Below are positions 58,411-64,000 of a stretch of 64,000 nt of DNA, in pieces. Made by a program: the position numbers and the translations under genes. Numbering within the stretch: position 1 is the first letter of the stretch; each line of letters starts with the position of its first letter. This DNA is from an uncultured bacterium (lineage in GTDB: Bacteria > Oederibacteriota > JAAXVQ01 > JAUVAV01), in assembly GCA_963710755.1 (NCBI GenBank), contig CAVQBK010000003.1:1344001-1408000 (forward strand), in the 5' to 3' direction. Below the pieces are notes generated by a model. That model was given only the letters and a program-made list of their open reading frames with translations, was not told where the DNA came from and did not search any database.

Positions 58411-59142
58411 TTATAATTTACTTTCTATCCGCGCCGCAACATACCTGCCTCTTATGATGAGGTACAACGCCAAGTACAGTTCCCCAATAATACCGGCCAC
58501 CCCCAGAAAGCCCTCGAGCAGCACTCTGTTTTGAGCGCGGAATTCTGGGAACAACAAATTGGCCAAACCATCGATCAGATAACCGGCCATATCCACAAGC
58601 AGGACGATTCCTAAAAGTTTGGACATATAACCGGACGTGTACACAAGACAGCCTACCAGCAAAATATGAAACCCAAAGAAGATGAGCGCATAACTGAAGC
58701 CATTGGCAAAAGCGTTTAGCGCGGTCATGACCATGGCATGAAGCTGATCCGGGGTATAAGCCGATAAATAGTCCGCGCCGCTGACAAGATGTAGTGCATT
58801 TAATTGATTAACCGTGATAGCGGCTATGGCCGCGGCGTACGTTACCCGGAACCAGGCTGCCAGCAATGCCAGACTCTGATTGACAGGCCTTAAAACGAGA
58901 TAAAGGCCCAACGCCACGACAACGTCCAGGATGAACATTAATAAAAATATCAATACATGCAGACGGTAGGACATGGCTGAAGCTTTAAGGTTATTAAACG
59001 TTTGGGCCGCGTCGTTCCATACGATCATATTGGGATTAAAAACGATGGGATCAAATACGGCTACAACATACATAGCCAATAAAGCAAACCCGGCAATACG
59101 TACTCCTGTTTTTACGGAAACATCTGGAAATGCTGCTTGCAT
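58411..59142 (-). CDS. DUF4386 membrane protein
   Basis: RIAG..L, DVVVA..LY.VL..VN..LA.LAAWFR, FFG.H...G.L, GE...A.YL. Confidence 0.85.
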   Translation of the reverse strand: MQAAFPDVSVKTGVRIAGFALLAMYVVAVFDPIVFNPNMIVWNDAAQTFNNLKASAMSYRLHVLIFLLMFILDVVVALGLYLVLRPVNQSLALLAAWFRVTYAAAIAAITVNQLNALHLVSGADYLSAYTPDQLHAMVMTALNAFANGFSYALIFFGFHILLVGCLVYTSGYMSKLLGIVLLVDMAGYLIDGLANLLFPEFRAQNRVLLEGFLGVAGIIGELYLALYLIIRGRYVAARIESKL

Positions 59143-59222
59143 GACGGCCTCCTCTGAATAAGGGATGTGATGCCTGCTTTTACGGAAAACTTGACCATCC
59201 CGGGCAATGCCACAATGGTTGT

Positions 59223-59924
59223 TTATGCGTATTGTCGGTCAAGCTTAACGCCTTTTATCATCAACCATAATCCAATCATCAATTCAAAAAGAATAGCCAA
59301 AACGCCGAACACCATTGCATTTTCAAGGGGAAGAACCAGACCGGTCAGCGTCGCCACCAGCAGAAGAGAGAAGGACACCAGTCCGAAAAGGGACAGCCAG
59401 GCAGGAATGTACCGGGATTTAAAGAAGAGATAGCAATAAACGATGGTCCCCAAGCTCAAGAATACAAAGACAATGGGGATAATGGCTTTTTTGACCTCCA
59501 GCAGGAGCATGGCCAAGGCTTGCACTTTTTCTGTGCCCAAGGCGGCAGCATAACTTTCTCCATGGAGCACTTGCAAAATAACCATGCCCGTCAATACGGA
59601 CAGGCAGCCCAGAATGGCTTCGCCCATGCGCCACAACAGTGCAAGATGAGCCAGTTTTTTGTCGACGGTTTTCAATACCAGATATAAAACAAAGGCCAGG
59701 ACAATTACAGAAGCATACATGATTATTTCGTATAAGAGATTTAGACGGAATAAGGGTTCATGGACCAGGATATGTTGAATAGTGGCAGCAGGGTTATGGG
59801 GTACGGTTAGTTTGGAACCTAAAAAAATCATGGAAAGCAGGGAAGAGGCTATAATCAGAAAATAAAAAAAGCCGGCCAGTCTTGCGGTTTTTTGTAATGC
59901 TGGATCGGACATTTCTTGTACCAT
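59223..59924 (-). CDS. DUF4386 membrane protein
   Basis: ARLAG.FY, LY.VLK.V...LA, FFKSRYIP.WL, FEL.IGLWL.IKG. Confidence 0.85.
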   Translation of the reverse strand: MVQEMSDPALQKTARLAGFFYFLIIASSLLSMIFLGSKLTVPHNPAATIQHILVHEPLFRLNLLYEIIMYASVIVLAFVLYLVLKTVDKKLAHLALLWRMGEAILGCLSVLTGMVILQVLHGESYAAALGTEKVQALAMLLLEVKKAIIPIVFVFLSLGTIVYCYLFFKSRYIPAWLSLFGLVSFSLLLVATLTGLVLPLENAMVFGVLAILFELMIGLWLMIKGVKLDRQYA

Positions 59925-60164
59925 GTCATCACCTCCAGCTGGAGTTGACTATATGTTATCACAGTCACCAGGGGATGCAACCTGGATATGGTTTTTTTGA
60001 AGAGGGGCGTTCGGATGCCGATGAAGTCAGGGAAGGGACGTACAGGCCTGCCATTGGCCTTGCCAAAGACGGCGTTAAGGTGAATACTGTATCCGCACCA
60101 TAAGGGTGCGGAATCATCCCGCCATACTTTTGATCTGACACGAGACGAGGGAGTCAACCTTGCA

Positions 60165-60965
60165 ATGAAAAACCCTTTGAACTTATGCAATGATATCTCT
60201 GGGGAAACCAATACTGCTCCTGTCCTTACTGTACAACACCTGACGAAAGCCTACGGCACCATGGTGGCGGTAGACAACATCGCTTTTACGGTGGGCCGAG
60301 GTGAAATCGTAGGTCTGCTGGGACCTAACGGCGCAGGCAAGACCACGACCATCAATATGCTGCTGGGGGTTCTTACACCAGACGACGGCCATATTTTCGT
60401 TGAAGACATGGATATTAGGGAAAAGCGGAGCCAAGCTCTGGAAAAGACCAATTTCTCCGCGGTTTACACCCCCTTGCCCGGCAATCTGACGGTTTATCAG
60501 AATCTGCGTGTCTTCGGCATGTTGTACACTGTCAAGGACTTGCATACCAGGATTGAGGTTCTGCTTGACCAATTTGACCTGAGCAAATTTAAGAAGGTGA
60601 AATGCGGACTGCTTTCCTCAGGGGAACAGTCCCGCCTTTCTCTGGCCAAAGCCATGATCAATTCACCGAGACTGCTGCTCTTGGACGAACCCACGGCATC
60701 CCTTGATCCTGCCTCGGCCCGCGAGTTGTCCACCCAGATCAGGGAGCAGGTCATGGCTTGCCGTGCCGGGGCCTTGTGGACGTCGCATAATATGGTGGAG
60801 GTGGAGCGGATCTGCGACCGCGTGCTTTTTCTTTCCCAAGGGAAAATACTACTGGAAGGCAACCCCAAAACACTACCGCAGGAACACGGGCAGGCCACCC
60901 TGGAAGACCTTTTTATCAAAGTGGCTCGCGAACCACTTACTAACAACCAGGAGGGACAGCAGTGA
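60165..60965 (+). CDS. ABC transporter ATP-binding protein
   Basis: GPNGAGKTT, LSSGE, LLLDEPT, SH. Confidence 0.93.
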   Translation: MKNPLNLCNDISGETNTAPVLTVQHLTKAYGTMVAVDNIAFTVGRGEIVGLLGPNGAGKTTTINMLLGVLTPDDGHIFVEDMDIREKRSQALEKTNFSAVYTPLPGNLTVYQNLRVFGMLYTVKDLHTRIEVLLDQFDLSKFKKVKCGLLSSGEQSRLSLAKAMINSPRLLLLDEPTASLDPASARELSTQIREQVMACRAGALWTSHNMVEVERICDRVLFLSQGKILLEGNPKTLPQEHGQATLEDLFIKVAREPLTNNQEGQQ

Positions 60966-61765
60966 ATCCAACCCGAATCATGGCAGTGGTTTTGCGCATA
61001 GCTTACCTCATACGAGGCAGCTTCTCCCGGATTGTGCCCATTTTTGCCTGGGTGGCGGTAGACATGATTCTATGGGGATTTATTACGAAATATTTTGGGC
61101 AGCATATGTCGCCGCAGGTGGCGCTGGTGCCGGCGTTGTTGGGGGCGGTGTTGTTTTGGGATTTCATGACCAGAATCATGCAGGGGGTGACCACTACCTT
61201 TTTTGAGGATGTGTGGTCGCGTAATTTTCTGAATATGTTTACAAGCCCTCTCACCATCGGAGAATACCTGTCCGGCCTGGTGGTTTCAAGCATTGCCACT
61301 GGGGCCATCGGTCTGGTGGTCATGGCTGTTTTGGCTACTCTCGTTTTCGGGCTTACCTTCGCTACCTATGGGTTCCTGGTCATTCCTTTTATGCTGGTGC
61401 TTTTTCTCTTTGGAATCGCCTTGGGTATTTTGAGCAGCGCCCTGGTGCTCAGGTTGGGGCCTGCGGCCGAATGGTTTATCTGGCCCATTCCGGCCTTGCT
61501 CTCACCGCTGGCCGGTGTTTATTACCCTTTGTCCACCTTACCAAAATGGATGCAGCTGCTGGCTCATGGTTTGCCTCCGGCCTATGTGTTCGAGAGCCTG
61601 CGGGCGATTGTGGATGGGAAAGCTACTAGTACTGGTACATTGGCCATTGGCGCGGGCCTGTCGGTTTTGTATGTGCTGCTGGCCTGCCTGGTTTTTGTGT
61701 TGACCTACCGCTACGCGGTCAATACAGGCCTTTTTGGCCGTTACAGCGCTGAAAATGTGACCTGA
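60962..61765 (+). CDS. ABC-2 type exporter permease
   Basis: About six TMs, EDVWSRNFLNMF.SPL, YYPLSTLP.W. Confidence 0.9.
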   Translation: MNPTRIMAVVLRIAYLIRGSFSRIVPIFAWVAVDMILWGFITKYFGQHMSPQVALVPALLGAVLFWDFMTRIMQGVTTTFFEDVWSRNFLNMFTSPLTIGEYLSGLVVSSIATGAIGLVVMAVLATLVFGLTFATYGFLVIPFMLVLFLFGIALGILSSALVLRLGPAAEWFIWPIPALLSPLAGVYYPLSTLPKWMQLLAHGLPPAYVFESLRAIVDGKATSTGTLAIGAGLSVLYVLLACLVFVLTYRYAVNTGLFGRYSAENVT

Positions 61766-61884
61766 ATGATAAACAGGAGATTCTGGCCCTGCGATGAAAC
61801 ATGAAAAAAGTAGCTTGAAAAAGTGGCTGGCACCGGTCTCAAAAGTGAGTATTGGGTTGATATCCAAGGATCAGTGGGGGGGAA

Positions 61885-62556
61885 ATGAAAAAACAGAAGT
61901 ATTTGCAGGCTTGGTATTGGCCTCTTACAGGGATAATTTGTCTGCTGTCATTATTAAGCTGTACTGCACATCGTTCTAATGTAATTTCGGTTCGTACTTC
62001 GACCGCTTTGAACTCTCCAAACAACCCGCCTTATGCGAAAAAAAAACGTCAGCAACCTTTTGACAAAACGGATTTTCGAGAGGATTTGCCTTATCATCAG
62101 CGTCTCGGCACTGATCCGGTTACTGTGCCAAAACATAAGCCTTCATATTCTTATAGCCAAGATGCCAAGGGGTATTTTAACGGTATCAAGATCAAGTCTT
62201 CCTATGAGTCCGCAGGAAGAAGGCTGCTGCTTCATGTAAAAACACCTGGGGATGTTTTTTTACATGAAAAAAATATTGAGACGGACCATGCCCAATTAAT
62301 TCAAGTCAAAGCGGTGGGGGATCATCGCTGGATTCTGGTTTACAAATCTCAATTAAAAGCCAAACGCATCATAACGGCCCTGGCTTTTTGCCGCCAACAA
62401 AAAAGAGGTAAAGTTATACTAACGATAGCCGGTTCGGGGAGTGCTCCATCTGGAAAAATTCTTGAGCGCGAATCTTTGATCATGATGCCGCCCAAAGACG
62501 GGCACTATCCACTGTGTACGCATGGGTCATCGTTTAATCGGGTCGAACCTAACTAA
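61885..62556 (+). CDS. Hypothetical basic lipoprotein
   Basis: Signal-like N-terminus ending LLSC; no recognised domain. Confidence 0.5.
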   Translation: MKKQKYLQAWYWPLTGIICLLSLLSCTAHRSNVISVRTSTALNSPNNPPYAKKKRQQPFDKTDFREDLPYHQRLGTDPVTVPKHKPSYSYSQDAKGYFNGIKIKSSYESAGRRLLLHVKTPGDVFLHEKNIETDHAQLIQVKAVGDHRWILVYKSQLKAKRIITALAFCRQQKRGKVILTIAGSGSAPSGKILERESLIMMPPKDGHYPLCTHGSSFNRVEPN

Positions 62557-62652
62557 GGATTTCTGTGAGCCAGGTGCCGGCCATCAATTGGCCGGCTTAT
62601 GCATCTGGTGCCGGCGTTTTTGGGCGCTATAGTGCTGAAAATGTGACCTGAA
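62557..62652 (+). pseudogene. Collapsed remnant of a second ABC permease copy
   Basis: 62613-62652 is 35/40 identical to 61727-61766 (GVFGRYSAENVT*); an overlapping frame gives LVPAFLGA, like LVPALLGA in the permease. Confidence 0.7.
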
Positions 62653-62669
62653 GAAGGCACCCAGGCGGG

Positions 62670-63752
62670 TTAGTGCTCAAACCGTAAGTGGATAGGTAGA
62701 CCGGTAAAGGTGCTGTAGCGGTCAATTGCAACCTGCAAGGCGTTTTGTTCTTTGGATTTAAGCTTGGTAAAAAAAGTTACCTTAAGGTCAAGGGCATTTT
62801 TATTTATAGCCTTTCTCCATGTTCCTGCCACTTGTCCATTTAAAATAATTACAGCAGTCTGAGCATTGCCTGTGGCAAACATTTTTTCCATTGCCCCATG
62901 GTCACTAAGAGCACCTCGGTCTTTATAGGCGATGGTGTATTCATCAAAAATGGACATTAAATAAACAAAAGGTTTTATCTGCCTGTGAACCGGACGGCTG
63001 TCAGGCAACCAGTAATAGGTTTTTTGATCCATGGTGGTTTGTTCCAAGCCTAAAGAGATGGCCTCGAGCGCGGCTTTGGCATCCTTGACCGAAAGCCCGG
63101 ACCACCAAGCGAAATCAGCCAGTTGGGCCGGCCCGTGGCTCTTGAAATACCTCTGCGCCAACAACTGCAAAGCCTCTTCCCGGTCAGGAACAGATGCTGC
63201 TGGCACCCTCGTCTCCAGAAGGGTGTACGTCAATTGTTTACCACGTTTCGGCCCGCTGCAAATTAGCCCGTCTAATTCCGCCCAAATCACAATATGGGCC
63301 AGCCGCTGAACCGAGGTTTTAATGTCGATTTTTTCCAGCACCAATTTCAATTCTTGCCGGGTAAGGTAAGGCTGCTTTTGTAAAGCTTTCACAATCGCCT
63401 TATTGGTTGTGGAGAACAACGCTTCATCGAGATCAAGCTTTCGGTTGTACGAGGACAGCAGGCGCTTCACCTGCGGAGCCGTCCATTTCAGCATCCAACG
63501 GATATCTTGGGGAATAACAAAATGCCAGGTTGGGCGCATGACATGGGTGCGCAAAATAGTACCTTCGTTATAGGCGCGCTCAATATCATGGTCAAGCGTA
63601 TCCTTGATCCGCAGTCCCAGTGCCCACTTGGCAGCCGTAAAATCCTGCGCCTGGAGCGCGCCCAAATGGGCGATGGCCTCCGCAGGATGGTTGAATGCCT
63701 GGATCAAGCCGCTATTCCAAAGCCGTAAATTGAGCAGGTCTGATGTTTTCAT
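62670..63752 (-). CDS. HTH_42 / AlkZ-like DNA glycosylase
   Basis: LQAQD (QxQ), RTHVMRPTWH, RYFKSHGPA..DFAWWSGL, FDEY..AY.DR, G.V.GTW. Confidence 0.88.
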   Translation of the reverse strand: MKTSDLLNLRLWNSGLIQAFNHPAEAIAHLGALQAQDFTAAKWALGLRIKDTLDHDIERAYNEGTILRTHVMRPTWHFVIPQDIRWMLKWTAPQVKRLLSSYNRKLDLDEALFSTTNKAIVKALQKQPYLTRQELKLVLEKIDIKTSVQRLAHIVIWAELDGLICSGPKRGKQLTYTLLETRVPAASVPDREEALQLLAQRYFKSHGPAQLADFAWWSGLSVKDAKAALEAISLGLEQTTMDQKTYYWLPDSRPVHRQIKPFVYLMSIFDEYTIAYKDRGALSDHGAMEKMFATGNAQTAVIILNGQVAGTWRKAINKNALDLKVTFFTKLKSKEQNALQVAIDRYSTFTGLPIHLRFEH

Positions 63753-63903
63753 AGCCGTGGCCTCTGATGGGTTGCGCTTTCTTACACTTTTATTCTTAAG
63801 ACTCCTGGAAAAGATGCAGGAATAAACCTTTGTTGCTATAATAACCTGTTTTTGGTTGTGGGCGTACTATTTTAAGTTCGCCGGTAGATGAAAGCAGGCA
63901 GTT

Positions 63904-64000
63904 ATGGAAGCTTTTACTCAAGCAGTGATCACGATCATAAAAAGGATACCCAGAGGCAAAGTCTGCAGTTATGGCCAGGTCGCCGCGATGGCCGGACAAC
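63904..64000 (+). CDS. Alkyltransferase-like (MGMT/ATL) protein, N-terminal part (runs off window)
   Basis: MEAFTQAVITIIKRIPRGKVCSYGQVAAMAGQ matches the IP.G.V.TYG.IA..AG motif. Confidence 0.85.
   Translation, partial: MEAFTQAVITIIKRIPRGKVCSYGQVAAMAGQ

Noticed and set aside
59940-60165. Riboswitch in the DUF4386/ABC divergent spacer
   Set aside because: Only short hairpins (e.g. TCCGCACC-ATAAG-GGTGCGGA); no aptamer consensus that I can recognise

Overview
Bacterial chromosomal window, probably from a diderm anaerobe (2-oxoacid:ferredoxin oxidoreductase, OmpA and a beta-barrel protein, cyclic glucan synthase). 1-17.4 kb is housekeeping: ispH end, rpsA, Crp regulator, cNMP phosphodiesterase, xseA-gpmI-xseB-ispA-DUF212-dxs-tlyA-recN, four-subunit Vor/Kor oxidoreductase and a GNAT. 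tRNA-Val and tRNA-Asp follow. From about 18 to 58.4 kb lies a mosaic accessory region with no integrase. It has an IS256 inside a zincin gene, IS3 scraps, and two near-identical AT-rich Y1/HUH (RAYT-like) transposase elements plus two RAYT pseudogenes. The two elements have perfect 22-bp terminal inverted repeats, are edged by short tandem GATTAGG(GGAC) arrays, and bracket a 13.4-kb sigma54-driven NifB/NifX-DUF5320-CGGC-MinD/4Fe4S-DUF89-IscU::Mrp operon. After it come desaturase, stress, cyclic beta-1,2-glucan synthase and two-component genes. The window ends with DUF4386 genes, an ABC exporter, an AlkZ-like glycosylase and an ATL gene start. The best candidate for an undescribed system is the TIR-bounded, repeat-array-edged HUH transposase element acting as a composite or gene-capture transposon. 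All product calls are by motif recognition only; no searches were run.
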